NCBI GenBank assembly: GCA_973895155.1
Contig: OZ316894.1
Location: forward strand, 1,814,457 to 1,878,456
Origin: Marsupella aquatica
Lineage: Eukaryota; Plantae; Marchantiophyta
Direction: 5' to 3'
DNA: 64,000 nt
In this document: positions 24,830 to 39,023 of the stretch, piece after piece
Layout: each line of letters starts with the position of its first letter
Numbering within the stretch: the first letter of the stretch is position 1
The notes under the pieces: model-generated
What the model saw: only the letters and a program-made list of their open reading frames with translations
What the model was told of the DNA's origin: nothing
Databases searched by the model: none
Program-made: the position numbers and the translations under genes

Positions 24830-27800
24830 GCCTCAATATCTTTGCCTCAACTTGACATTTTTTCTCGCCTTGACATATTTTTCTCACCTTGACATCTTTT
24901 TATCACCTCAACTACTTTTTATCATATTGACATGTTTTCTCTCCTTGAGATATTTTCCTCACCCCAATGTTCTTTTCAATCTCACATTGACATCTTTTTC
25001 TCACCTTGCCATCTTTCCTGGCACCTTTTTTTCTCCTCAACATCTTTTATCACCTCCGCATTTTCTCATGCACCTTGATATATTTTCTCTTCTTGATATA
25101 TTTTATCTTTGGCATCTCTACTCATCTCAGCATCATAATTATCTTCATTTTCACATTTTTTTTCTCTCATGGACATGATTCCTCACCTTAATATCATTTT
25201 CTCACCTTGACATTTTTTTCTCTCATTTAACGTTTTTCTCACCTCAACATCTTTTTCTCTCCTCCACATATTTTTCTCATCTCAGCATCTTTTTATCTCC
25301 TGGATATCGTTTCCTCACCTCAATGTTTTTTTCTCACCTCAACATCTTCTGGGCAACGCATGGGCATAGGGCTATTTGTATATATATATTGTGCCAAAAT
25401 AATGAGACTTCACACCCATAAACTATGACAAATATTTCTATGGTTTTTCATCACAATTGTCTCACAAAATTTAACTTTTATTGTCCCAAAGAAAGCCTTG
25501 GAAGCAAAGCAAAGAGGGGGAGAGGCAAGGAGAAAGGGGAAGGGGGAAGGGGGGGGGGGCACATGGATGAGAAAAGAGGGAGGGAGAGGCTTCATCTTGC
25601 CCCATCCGGTCCCAGGTAAGGGGTGGAAAAAGTGTCAAGTTTATTTTCTCACCTCAAAATCTGTTGCTCTATTTTACATCTTTTTCTGCTCAAAATCTTT
25701 TTCTCTCCTTTGCACACGTTTCTCTCCTCAACATCTTTTGTTCACCTAGACATATTTTCTCTCCTCAATTTTTTTCTCATCTCAACATCTATTTCTCTCC
25801 TCAATATCTTTTCTCTCTTTGACATCTTTTCCTCTCCTCTACTTCATTTATCATCTCAACATCTTTTCCTCACCTCGACATTATTCTCACCTTGACATCT
25901 TTTCTCTCCTCAACATCTTTTCGCTCCTTGACATCTTTTATCGCCTCGACATCTTCTATCACCTTGACATCTTTTGCTCACCTCAACATCTTTTTTCTCC
26001 TTGACATCTTTTATCACCTCGACATCTTTTCTCTCCTCGACATCTTCTATCACCTCGACATATTCTATCACCTCAACATCTTTTGCTCACCTCAACATCT
26101 TTTCTCTCCTCGATATCTTTTATCATCTCAACATCTTTTCTCTCCTCGACATCTTTCGTGCAACGCAGGGCATTGGGCTATTAACTTCTACAATAAACGA
26201 TTGCGCCTTTTTATAGCATGGTCTTGTTTCAAATTTGCAGTGGGCCCCCCCAAAAATAGGAAAGAATCTAACCAACAAGAAGGAATAAAACAGAATAAAG
26301 AAAATGGAATATAGTGTGAATCAAATTGGATTGCACTATTTCCAAGCAAAAAGGAATATAATAAGACTTTAGCAATGCACTAGTATCAAGGAGACCTCCT
26401 TTACCATGTACCTTTATAAGATTGAGTCCCATTACAAACTAAAAAAACATGAGAATCAATCTTTTGACCGTTCATCACAATATTAATTTCGTCAATGTGA
26501 CACACGTTGGGGGGGGTCACTATATGAAGGGTCATACATCACGTGCGATGGTTTGGGTCATTTATGACCCCCCTAAGTCACTTTCTAGAAAGTTGTACGG
26601 CACCAATCATGTGATGACACGTATGTATTTTGGAATTAAACAACCCTATATTTCCATAGAAGACTTAATAAGTCTTCCGCCAAAACCATTTAAATGGCCC
26701 TATACTTCGTCACACATGATATGCCACTTTCATGGAAGTGACCCCCCCCCTAGGACACACAATCAAATCTATCCATACACCCCTTGTAAAATAAGTTCCT
26801 GCCCATGCTACCCTCTAGCTTTCCATACTTGTCACAATGAAATACTCAGTTAAAAAATAATTCAATTTTATTCATATATATATATATATATATACTATTA
26901 AAAAATTGGAAAATTTTGAAATAATTTTGAATATAAATAAAATATATTGAAAATATTTATTTTTCTAAAACTTTTTGAAAAAAACCCAGATTTTTGTGTC
27001 ACTCAATGCTGGCCTCTATGATGTGGTGGTCATTATCTCGCGTCTCCAATTTCTATATGCAACGCATGGGTGAAATAACACAACCACAACTATTGTATAG
27101 TAGGGATCACACATATTAACATGCCTAACCAATTACATCATAAAGTTTCTTAATTTTTGCCATGCCTTGACATAGTTTCTCACCTTCACAAGTCATATTT
27201 TCTAATATTTACATATTAATAGATCTCTCCTCAATATTTTTTCTTTGCCTTGGCATCTTTTTCTCATTTCACCATCTTTTTCCTACATTGACATCATTCT
27301 TTACTTCACCAATACATTTTTCTCACTTCAATATCTTTTTCTCATCTTGATATTTTTTTCCTTATCTTGATATCTTTTCTCACTGTCCTCAAGATCTTTT
27401 CTGATCTTGGCATATTTTCCTCCCCTCCAGATCTTTTCTCACCTCGACATTGGGCTCAACATATATATTATAGTTTTCTCATTTTACCATCTTTTTCTTA
27501 CCTTGCCATCTTTATCTCACCATGACATCTTTCCCTCATTCTCAACATCTTTCTCTCCTCAACATATTTTCCTCCTGTTGAACATCTTTTTCTCACCTCA
27601 ACATCTTTTACTTTAGAACATTTTTGCATAACGACATACTTTATTTATTGACCAGTTTGTACTTAACAACATCGTTATGCTTAACAACATCTTTGGCATA
27701 AACCACATCATTGGCGACACAACATCTATTTACTTGACGACATCTTGGGCAACATGATATCTTTTTACTTCATGACATCTTTCACATAACAACACCTTGG

Positions 27801-27960
27801 GAAACATAACATCTTTTCCCTTAACAACATCTTAATTGCACACCATGACACTTTTTTTCTGAGAAACATCTTGGGCGCCATGACATCTCTTTTCTTAACA
27901 ACATCTTGGGTGTCACAACATCTTTCTTTTAATGACATCTTGGGCAACACAACATCTTTT
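24830..27960 (+). repeat. Degenerate ~18-19-bp minisatellite (CTCACCTYGACATCTTTT-like) in several blocks; a related block lies at ~38650-39000
   Basis: Dozens of GACATCTTTT/CAACATCTTT units, clearest at 25850-26155. They produce repetitive low-complexity ORFs (LDIF/HLNIF). Confidence 0.85.
26507..26753 (-). mobile_element. MITE (~250 bp) of the same family as 53557-53884, in opposite orientation, nested in the Helitron
   Basis: Termini TTGGGGGGGGTCAC ... GTGACCCCCCCCCTAG. Flanks GACACACG / GACACACA give an 8-bp TSD with one CpG-type mismatch. The interior matches the reverse complement of the 53557 copy. Confidence 0.85.
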
Positions 27961-28955
27961 GTGCAATGCATAGGTGCTGAGCTAGTTCTGGTATTAATCC
28001 TTGTGAGCCTTATAGTTTTCTTTCTTGAACCACTACTCCTAACTGTTCATAATATTCTAATGCCATTAAAGGCTGCTTACAGGTGGAACCAAACCAAACC
28101 ACTCTTAAAATGGAGACAGAGTCAGACATGTAAGGATTGGAGCATCATTAGGGGATCCAGCCAATCTTTGTAGCATTGCCAGATATATATTCCTGAAATT
28201 GGGAGGCTGTTTATTAGAGCCAGTCTGACTAGTAATGATAATTGTGTAATCACGGCTGGCCATGGCTTAAATTGGACGGCTTGAATCCAAGTGTCTCTGC
28301 TTCCCCCCCTCCCCCCCCCCCCTCCCTCTCACGGACGTGAGCCTCATAATCTAGTATCCAGTAATAAGTTTTTTTTCTGTTGGACTGTTTTGCGTGCAAA
28401 GGTTTGTAAAGCTAAAAAGGTGCTTACAACACCCAGACAACAGAGCACCTATTACAAATTTCAATTAGGCCGTTAAGAGTTCAAAATAGAAATAGTTGCA
28501 GAATTTTCTCTTTATCATTAGGGGTATTTTAAAGGTCAGGAGGATTGCACATGGATCAAAAGATCCGTTAACGAACTCCACAAGCCAAGTACAAAAGGAG
28601 ATTCAATGTTCATGCATGCGGCTTATCCATATGATTGTCGCTGGGCTACTTCAAGTGGATATCATACGATAATTTTCTAGCATTTTCTTTCATAGATTTT
28701 AGTGTTCATCTCATGAGCTTTGGTTACTGCTCCTTTTCTTTTCATCTATTTTTGTCTCGCTTTGGCTTCTTTTAGTCCTCGTTTCAATCCGTTAGAAATG
28801 TGTCAAACTCTCAATCTCGTTTTAGAAAGACAGAAAATAAACACAACATTACAAAGCACCTTTCCTACCTATAACAAACATGATATGTATTTGAGTCTCA
28901 ATCTAAAGCCGAATGCTGAGGATATCAATGTCTGGTTTAGATAAGTGGAACAATA

Positions 28956-31900
28956 TCATTCTTCCAGGAGGAGGTCTCCTAAAGTTATTTGGGTGACTGG
29001 TCCCTGACCTACCCTCTCAATTTGAACTAAGAACTCAAGCACAACATTCATGGATGGGCGATTTTCAGGCAGCACACTAGTGCAAAACAGACCCAACTGC
29101 AAAGTTAGCTTCATTTTCTGCCTAATGATAGCATCACTAGCACCCTCAATTTTGAGAGTTGGGTCAAGGATCTCTTCTGGCGTAATATTTGACTCTTTAA
29201 AACTATGTTGCACTATGCCCACTAGACCCTCATCTTCACCAGAAGGGGTCATGCTTTGAGTTTGTACAGCTGCTTTGGCAGTCAACAGCTCAAGAAGAAC
29301 CACTCCAAAGCTATAAACATCTCCTTTTGTGCTGACTCTCGTACCTGTCCCATATTCTGGATAAAGCAATGGAAGAAACCAAAGTCGAAGATAATGAGCA
29401 ACAGGGTACAAAATCAGGAAATATTCATTTGTGAGTAACTATGTAAATAATGGTATCCCAGACTGAGTACATTTCTGGTGATTGCTTTGAATGCAGGTCA
29501 ATAAGTATAACAGATTGAGCTACAGAAAAGGGTTAATTAATCTGAAGAACACTCACCTGGGGCCATGTAGCCGAAGGTGCCACAAATGGTTGAGGCGGAC
29601 ACTTCCCCATTCTGGCCATTGTCGTATGTTACAAATCTGGAAATGCCAAAGTCACATAGCTTGGGTTCCAAATCTGCATCCAGCAGTATGTTACTTGGCT
29701 TCAAATCTCTGTGGATGATCGGGTCAGGAAACTCATGGTGAAGGTAAACCATTCCTTTGGTCACACCCACGAGTATCTTGAATCTTTCTGCCCAAGTCAA
29801 GTTACACGGCGTATCTCCATGCAGGTTTTCATGTAAACTCCCCTTGGGCATGTATTCCATCAGGATTGCCTTCATATCCTCACTGGAGTAGAGCCCGACA
29901 ACCTTAATGATATTGCGGTGCCTTAACTGAGCAAGCGTGTTGGCCTCTGTCAAGAATTGCTTTCCGTCTTGCCTCTGTTGCTCAGTATTCGATGGACCGC
30001 GATCCTTCAGAACTTTGAGGGCTATGAACTGACCGCCATGTAAATCAGCCTTGTACACAATGCTTTTGGGACCGTTTCCAATTGCAGCGTTCTCCCCAGC
30101 TCGTATGGCAGCAAGTATGTCCGACTTCGTAAAGTACCTCATCGAAGGATCAGTCGTGAATGTGACCAGCCCGAGTTCCCCGCTCCTGCCCCCGCTATGT
30201 CTCTTGCCATTATAATTGGAGGAGATATACACTGCTCCCACGAGAATAAAAACAAAGACCAAAGCAGAAACTACAGAGATCCACACAATGGGACATTTAA
30301 AACCGTTGCAATGTGATCTCCCCTTTCGCGACGCTATAATTTCAACTGGGCAGAGTTGTTGAGGCCCAAGAATCCGTCCACACAGGCCAGGATTTCCCAA
30401 AAATGAGGCCGACGTGAGATTGGTCTGGAAAGCACCCGAATTAGGAATCGGCCCACTGAAGTTGTTGTAAGAAGCATTGAACATTCTTAGATACTTGAGC
30501 GATCCAAGATCTTGAGGAATCGGTCCTGAGAACCGATTGAAAGAGAGATCCAAGGTTTCCAGCGACAAACTTCCTCCAAGGCCCACAGGAATCGCTCCCG
30601 AGATGTTGTTGGAGGATACATTTATGTAAACAATCTGCTTCAGTCCACTAAGTTGAGGTGGCCATGAACCAGAAAATAGATTGCCGGATAAATCCAAGTA
30701 ATTTAGGATCGACATCCTTCCGAAAGCTTCCCCAGGAAAACTGCTGGTCAGTCTATTGTCTGAAAAATCCACTGAAAGAAGCTGTGTACAACTGCCCAAG
30801 GAGTCTGGAAGCGCCCCGATGAATTTATTTGCATTCATCCGACAGTGCTGCAAATAGACATGGTTGCCAATCTCTACCGGGATGGTACCATCGAAATTAT
30901 TTTTACTGAAATCGAGGATTTGCATCATTTGAAAGTTCCTCAAGAGCCCACCATGAATATTTCCATGAAGCTGATTGCTTCCAAGACCAAGAGACCCTAG
31001 ACTACTCAAATTGGCGAGGCCGAGGGGAATTTCTCCACTAAGGGTATTTCCTGACAAATCCAAACTACCCAGATTGGAACAATTGCTGAGGGATTCCGGA
31101 ATGGGGCCATGAAAATGGTTATTTGAAGCACTGAAATATTGCAACAGCTGGAAGGCTCCGAAATCTCCATCTACGCTCCCGTTGAATTGATTATTGTCGA
31201 CTATAAGGACAGTCAAGCTTGAAGTTAGATTGAAGATAAAGGTAGGGAAAGGGCCAGCTGAGAAAGAGTTATTTTCAAGACCGAGAAACGTCATTTGTGA
31301 CAGGTCTCCGAACTTGGGGGGAATCTGGCCACTAAGCTGATTTGAACTTACATCAATCTCGCTAAGAAAACTGCAATTTCCCAGAGAAGCTGGAATCGCT
31401 CCGGACAAATTGTTTGAAGACACTCCAAAAGAATCTAGTTGGGATAGCTGACCTATCTCTGTGGGGATTTGACCCTGCAGATTCATGTCAGTAAATAAGA
31501 TGGTCTGCAAATTTTGTAATGATCCTATCGAGGAGGGAATACCTTGAGGATCAAATCCGCTCAATCCCGCCGAGAGGTACTGTAAGAGTGAACAATTAAA
31601 TAATGAGTCCCAGGGGAATACGCCACTGAACGCGTTAATGTCAAGAGCTACCACTTCCAAGTTTTTGAGAAAACCTATTTCAATTGGGATAGTGCCACTT
31701 AAGTGGTTGCTGCTCAATATAAGCGTCTGAAGGGAGCTGATATTGAATATGGATCTGGGAATCTCTCCGACGAGACCACAACTCGTGAGGTCAAGATGTT
31801 GCAAACTACTCAGTGCACCTATATCACGTGGAATCTCAGATGCAGCCCAGGCATTGAGTTCCAATCCCAAACCGGAAAGATTTGGTAATTGTCTCCAGGA

Positions 31901-32938
31901 CTGAGGTAACCGTCCAGTGAATTGATTCTGACCTAGGCTGAGTTGTTGCAGTGAAGTAAAATTCATTGCCCACATGGGGAAACTTCCCCGGAAGCTGCAC
32001 CCGAATAGTAGCAAGCGCTCCATGTGAATCAACTCTCCCAACTGGAATGGGAGCTCTCCTCCCAGTCGTTGATTGAAATTCAACCCCAACCTTCTCAAAG
32101 ATGAGCAATTACCCAGAGTAGGTGGAACGGCGCCAGAAATTGAGTTCTGGGCGAGATTGAAATACCTCAAATTGGACAACACGCCGAATTGAGAAGTAAT
32201 GCCACCGTCCAAAAAGTTTGTGTGTAAGTCCAAATACTGTAAGGCAGAGCAGGTGCTAAGTGCTTCTGGGATCCCTCCAGTGACGTTGTTGGTGTTCAAG
32301 TCTAGAGTTTCAAGTTTGTCAAGATTTCCCAATGACGCCGGGATATATCCATTCAGTTCGTTGAAGGACATGTTGAGATTCAACAGATTGGAGCAGTTGC
32401 CAAGACTTGCTGGTATGGAGCCGTGCAAGAAGTTTTGCGAGAGGTCCAGATGCTGCAGATTTAAAAGCTGACCGAGGAGGGTTGAGACCGTTCCTACCAG
32501 ATTAAAGCCCTCCAGATTGATGGTGGTGACATATTTCGAATTCCGAGAACACCGAACCCCCATCCATCTACAAGGATCAGTGTCATTTGGACGCCAGCTG
32601 CTCAGCACTGCCAGAGGATCGGCCGAGATTCCACTCTTGAACGCCATGAGAATTTCCACTTCCTTGCTTGACTCGATCGAATAGAATTTTGCATTGTGCT
32701 CAAGCGAGAGTCGTCTTGTCCTTCTCTTGTAGCGTGTGGGAAGTGTGGGACTGGACGCACCAGTGGATACCAGATTGTACCCTGGAGTACTATTGTCTTG
32801 TACCCTTCTCATTAACGCCGCTGTAGCACGTCCCTCAAGACTGCTGTGGATAGAACCGCAAAAAGACGATTTGCCGTCGAGGATGACAGCAGTGACAATA
32901 AGATACCGGAGAAGAGTGCCTCTAATCGTTGTTGCCAT
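28956..32938 (-). CDS. LRR receptor-like kinase (LRR-XI/XII, FLS2/GSO-like architecture), 2 exons (32938-29557 and 29356-28956)
   Basis: LRRNT (PCRWMGVRC), more than 20 plant-type LRRs, FLGNPGLCG, a TM helix and kinase motifs HRDLKPSN, DFGISR and GTFGYMAP|EY with the conserved GT-AG intron. Confidence 0.95.
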
Positions 32939-34539
32939 CTCCACACTCGGCCAATTGATTGATGGATTAATCCAAGGTCTCGTACTGTTACTCCGAGTAA
33001 GTATCAAACAACGGAGCCGATTTCTGCAATTCGCATTGCCCAGATTGTAAGAGGACTGACAACTCAGATCCTAAGTCGCCATTAGGACGTAGACTTCTAC
33101 TATACACCAGACTACTGTCCTTAAACTTCGAAAAGTTACTGATTCTATGCTGCTTGAAGATCACACAATCATGTCAATATCATTAATAAATCAGAGTTTT
33201 GGATTCTAGGTTTTGATCGAAGTTCTACTTCATTAGTAATGCATGGCTTTTCTATATTTGGCTCATACATCTCTGGCGCTACCTGGTTTATGGGAAGTAT
33301 GGGTAGACATTTCCCATACCCATATTTCCCATAATTCTATCACATTAGAATTATCATATTGACATATAGAATCAGAGTTTTAGCTCCGAATATAGAATCA
33401 ACGCCATGGTTCCAGCTGTGGAGCTAGAGAGAGAATTGAATGTATACCTCGGACGTCACTTCTGCTAATTCCACTAAACTAGTGAGGAAAAATAGTTTTT
33501 CTTTTCGGGTTTTACTCAATCGACAAAACAAATGGAGTCAATGAACAGTCTGAGTCAGATTAAGTCTATGAATTGAATTGAAAGTAGTATCCTTGAAAAA
33601 ATATGGCAAGCAGAAACAATTGCCGTAGACAAAGAACGATCCAGTCGGACTGAGTCGAGAATGTGTTGGCATGGTTGAGTAGAGAGGTCGGAACAGCTAC
33701 CTGTGTCAGCACCACGTACCTCATGCCTTATTTCTTGCACCCCAGAAAATCTAGCTCTTGCGATGATGTTGATGAACTGTCTCAAACAGTTCTCGACGAA
33801 TAACGATGCTCGCAGACCCATGCCCACGATCAACTACAGAAACGTATCTAGCTAGTTCTCTGACAGTCTCATGTAGCATGGCCTTGAGCCCCGCACGGTG
33901 TCAACAGCAAATTTCTCCCTTCGATCCTCCTACTTTGTCCTCCTGCGCTCTCTGCACCAGAGACGCAGGGCAACAGCAAAGAAGCAGCGCAAATTACATT
34001 TATGATTGTAATGATTGAATGACAAACTGTTTCAAGCTCAGCGTGATTAAATCGATTTCTCAAAGCAGCAGAATGATAGTCGATCATGAGCCACAGCTGA
34101 ATGAGTCTGTCTTGGACTTCAATCTTTCCTCCTTGACAGTTCTCGACCTCGCTCACAGTGCGATTTCGACATTATGTCTCCCGGATCTTATGATCGATGT
34201 TGACAGTACAGACTTGTGATGGCATGATCACAAATGTTGATGGTACATTTGTGATTTGAGAGATTATGAAAGGTGTTAGGTGTGCAAAGCCATACATTGG
34301 CCTCTGCTCTTCCATTATTATATAGGTGCTCCAGCAAGTGGGGGCTCTAGCTTCCATTATTATATAGGTGCTCCAGCAAGTGAACGGAACGGAATGGGAA
34401 GGAGTGTCTCTTCTTAGCAAGCTTCCAGAGTCTCAGAGTCTGCTGTCTTCTTGGCTCACTGTAAACTGATCAAGAAACAAACTCGCTTAGGTGAGTTGGC
34501 TAGGGGATTAGCATGGAGAGAACCCGGTAGAGAACCAAG

Positions 34540-34700
34540 CTCAGGGTCTCATTATATGAATGTTTCCCATCCTCTTGAGGTTTTTAGGTCTCGAACTACC
34601 TAAATGTAAAAAATAATAATTATAAAAAATTTGGCTAAACAGACCCTTAGTAATGTTCTTATAAATTTCAAAATTGAATTTAAAAGACCTTATTGTTTTT
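34540..34700 (-). mobile_element. Orphan terminal fragment homologous to the right end of the 41312-54720 transposon family
   Basis: CTCAGGGTCTCATTATATG...TTTTTAGGTCTCG...TAATGTTCTTATAA...ATTTAAAAGACC aligns by eye with the reverse complement of 54520-54719. No matching TSD partner was found. Confidence 0.6.
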
Positions 34701-37700
34701 TTCCAAAAATTCTTAAATATTCCCTTCAAACTAATAAAATGATCCTATCCTTCGTCAAATATGATGTACCATTTTTGTGAAAGTAAAACCCCCGAGGAAC
34801 TAAGAGGTCTCAGGTTCAATCCCCCCTCCACATAAGAGGGGGTCATTGTTGAACCCCCCTCCACATAAGGGGGGCTCATTGTAGCGTGTGAGTAAACAGT
34901 AAAAGTTTTACTTGCACTATTAGAAATATTTCTCACATGACCCCTAATTTTTTTATATCCAACTGCTAGCTAACAACAACCTGGTTGATAACATACATTT
35001 TTGGGACTCATATTTTTGCTAGTGACCTTGCTAGCCATCTGGAGTCATAAAAAATACATCTGGAGTCATAAAAGCATAAAACAATTAAAACCAACAGTGT
35101 CTCACTAACAACACTCTCCTCGCCATTTCTTGGGTGTTGATGGTGGGAGGCACGTTGCGGTTGCCACCCCTGTCTTTGGCCATGCTACAGCCAAGGCAGC
35201 CTGGCCAGTTCAAAGAGGATTGGAGGCCTATGCAGCTCATTTATTACCCCTAAGTAGGATCTATTCCACCCTTTTGCTTGATTTTGAGATCTTTGGAGCT
35301 CTTCCCCCTAGCTTATGAGCAAAAACCCATGTGTCTGTCCTCACAGCCTTCAACATAATTATAGGCACTCCAGATATACTTGGGTGTCCATTGTGCACTT
35401 CAAAGGGTAGCGAGTGAACATATATTGCACTTCATAGGGCCAAAGCGGTAGGTTTTAGGGCCTCTAGACCCTCATATGTGGTGTACACCATACCTCTACC
35501 AGGCTTTCTAGTTTTCTGCCAAGTAGTTGGTCAAATTGTTTAGATCCTCAGTTACTCCTCCTGAAACAAGTTTGAAGAGCTATCCCAATGCCCGTCCCAT
35601 TGTACCACCTTTTGGTCCTCAATTTGCATAAGCAAGGGTTCCAGCAATTGGCCAGAGAGAATCTGTTGCATATTCTTGTGGGGGCAAAATAAGGATAGAG
35701 CACCAAAGAATGCACTCTTAGCTTTGGGCACAGTCACCCAGACCTTTTGAGGATGGAGGGTTAGCAATATGGCCATTTGAACTACAAGCGCAGGTCCTCA
35801 AGCTGAGACACATCCCCAAATAACTTCTCATTGATTATGACATTGCATGGCTTGAGATGGCACATGCACTCATCACGACGCTCAACCTTGGGCCCCCACA
35901 AAACGGAGAGAAGAAGGTGGGAGGTGGATGTTGCTCTACTGCCTGACCCAGGAATTTGAATCCCCAATGCTCCCATGCTGACCTGTTTGCTGAAGGGATG
36001 GGACATAGCATGCAGAAATCTGATATTTATACCCTCAACAAGTACATTGCCTAAATCTCTCACGATCAAATTGGCCAACTCTTGTGTCTTCTTGGCAAGC
36101 AGCTACAACTATCAAGACAAGACAGGTACGAGCTGAGGAGTCTTCTTGCAAATTGGAAGGTTCAAACTGTAATTGATCGACATGCATGCTGATCAGAATA
36201 GACAAGTTGGCCAATGGAAGACTATCATAATGGCTGAGATGCAAGGTAACATTACGACAACCAGGGCCAAGGTGACCAATGCTTGCCTTGCATATTAACT
36301 TGTTGAATACCCTTAATTATGTGAGCCAAAGAAAAGTTGATGTCAGCCTTGCTAACCTAACAGGGTGGAACTAGGAATGGGCTGACTGTGAACATGGCTG
36401 GAATATCCCCACATATATTTGGGCCACCATGAATAGAGACTGCAACATGTCAATTCTCAATCTCAATCTCAATCGCAGATGGCACCTGCTTGACACCACT
36501 GCAATATAATTAAGTGACACCAGAGATGGGAACACTTGTGGAGAAGCTGGAGTGCACCTAAAGCCATGCTTGTTATTTAGAAAGTATTACACACAGGCTT
36601 TTTCCCTAATTCTTGAACTCTAAGTGGGGTCTCAACAACAGTCTTTGTCCCAATTGTAGTTGAATGTACTACATTGTGGAATACTGATCGCATGTTCAAA
36701 GACTGCCTGACAATTACTCAAATTAAAGGTGGGGACTCCTTGAACACATATATTGTCCATGGTACCTAGCGGGGGCACGGGCTTTGTTTTCTTAGGCCCT
36801 GGTGTTGTTGTGGCCCTCATGGGAGACTGTTCTTTTGCTTTGCTCTTGGGTTTTGCATGCCCCTTGCCCCCCACTGGTCCTCGCCGTAGGGTTTCTTGGG
36901 GCATTTTGTGTTTTGAAATAGAATTTTATTGCCCCCCCCCCCCTCCCCTCCCCCCACACACACACATACAGACACACAAAACAAAAAAAGAGGGATGGAC
37001 ATGATTGAAAAAATGGCATTTGTCTTTGTTTTCCTAAGTGTGCTAATTATTCATTCTGGAGTTGTGGTTGGGACTCTTGGGTCTGTCGGGCCCCTTTGGT
37101 CTCCTTGGGGTTCCCTCTTACTTGGGCCCTTATTGGGTATTTTGCCTTTTAGGCTCATGATGTGGCATTCTTGTTTCTTTGGTTATAGTCAATTGCCTTA
37201 CCGGTCTTCTTGGCTTTAGTCTGAGTGTATGCATGGTTGTGTTTGGATCCTTTGATCTTGAGCATGGGAATATTTGGTGGAGGCTATTCAATTTTTCCCC
37301 AGGCACATATCAGCTTGTGTGGGTTCTGCTCAATTCTTCAATTATACTTAACCTACGTCACTCTATCTATCATGTGCATGACATCAGTTAATTGACATAC
37401 CCAAGCTTCTAAAGTATGGGTTTTGCTCAATTCTCCAATACTTAACCTACGGCACTCTATCTAATGTGCATGACATCAGCTGACATATATACCTCACTCC
37501 CAGGGTCCTCACTTCTGTTCTTCCAATCCATCACACGCAAATAAGTATAAGGTTTTTTGGGGGTTTGATGAAAGACTTTTAATTTTTTGTTGAAGAACAT
37601 AGGGTTGTTTTAATTTAGTTTTGAGAATTATAAGAATCATAGGTTTTTTTAAAACCAATATTACATTAATTTAGGGGTAAACAATCCTAAAAAATAAATA

Positions 37701-38639
37701 TTGACTTAAGTTTTAGGGTGTTTATTCCCCTAAAACTTTGTGCATGATATGGGATACCTGTTGGATTGAGGCCCTTGCCCGGGCCCTTGAGGTTTTGCTC
37801 AGACAATACTTCAACACTTCACCTACGTCACTCTATCTAATGTGCATGACATTAGCTGACATACCCAGGGACATACCAGTCTTCTTGGCTTTATGAGTTC
37901 ACTTAACTCACAACTACCCCTATAAGGAGCTATGGGTTACCTATTACTTAGCCTCGCCTGTAGGGGGGCCTGTAGCTCTCATTGTAAAGTGCACTGGTTC
38001 AGGAATGGACTTTGAGCTCCACAGAAGGTGGTGAGTGCAAAAACTTTTATTGACAAGTGCTCCACCTTTTATGGTGAAACACTCTTCACCACAGGATAGG
38101 AATTGATGGGGAGTCGTGAAAAAGTGAATGAGGATTTTATAGTGGCAGGTGTGGTGAATAGCATCCACCAAATATTCCCTATGGGAGGATTCAACAAATC
38201 CTCTCCTAATTATGGTTATCACTTCTTTCCTAACTACCCATCTTGCAGACATAACTTACTTTGGGGTTTTTTAAAGTTTAACACATACTTTAGGGTTTTT
38301 TTTATTTTGATTATGGGGTTGGGAAAATTTTTGTTCCCTTTAGTTCCGTTTCTATAAGTTTTGCTTTCTCCGTTGTCTTTTGTGTTTCTTTTCCCTTTTT
38401 TCAAAACTAATTAATTAGTTACTATTCTTGGCCTATTATTCATTGACCACTGCCATCATCCAGTAAGTCAAGACTGAAGTGCAATTTTTTTAGTCTACAT
38501 TTTACAAAAAACAATTGAGTTTTTTTTCAAATGAAAATTTTGAGCTAGAGATTGGATGAAATCCCATCCCAAACCACATATTCCCATATTTTTGCAGGTA
38601 GACCCTTCATAGTAGATTTTTGTCCTTCCTCGGTTGGGC

Positions 38640-39023
38640 CACACCATCTTCAAGATGACAACGTCTTTTATGCAATGACTTCTTTTCCACAACATCTTTT
38701 ATGCAATGATATCTTATGTGCAAACACGGGTGCTGAACACAACCACTATCACTGTATGGTAGAGACAATGCATAACATGCCTCAACATCTACCTCACAAA
38801 GTTTACATTTTCTGGCTTTGCCTTGACATACTTTCTCATTTTGATATCTTTTTCTCGCCCCAACATCTTTTCCCCATTTTGACATTTAATTCTCATCTCA
38901 ACATTTTGTCATCTTGACATCCTTTCTCCCCTCCAGATAGTTTTCCCTCCTTGACATCTTTTCTTATCTCGACATCTTTTTATCACCTTTGCATCTTTTG
39001 TGGAACCCATGGGCATGGGCTAG
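38640..39023 (+). mobile_element. Helitron 3'-end remnant with the same minisatellite as 24830-27960
   Basis: GTGCAAACACGGGTGCTGA at ~38718, and CCCATGGGCATGGG-CTAG followed by T at 39020-39024. Similar to 27050-27200 and 27960-27985. Confidence 0.55.

Larger units (their letters stand above)
23569..27985 (+). mobile_element. Non-autonomous, composite Helitron-like element
   Basis: 5' end TC-TACTTACTATAAT follows an A at 23568. The 3' end GTGCAATGCATAGGTGCTGAG-CTAG is followed by T at 27986 (A/T target, no TSD). Further internal Helitron-type 3' ends (GCAACGCAYGGG..CTA) lie at ~25351, ~26157 and ~27058. Confidence 0.6.

Noticed and set aside
24774-26314. ORFs with repeated LDIF/HLNIF or TSF/STS peptides
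   Set aside because: These are translations of the minisatellite in several frames, not credible proteins.
33555-34200. Short minus-strand ORFs upstream of the LRR-RLK
   Set aside because: No recognisable motif or splice structure; cannot be supported as a gene.
35100-36600. Possible degraded LINE or retroelement coding remnant
   Set aside because: The composition is suggestive but no diagnostic RT or endonuclease motif could be read.
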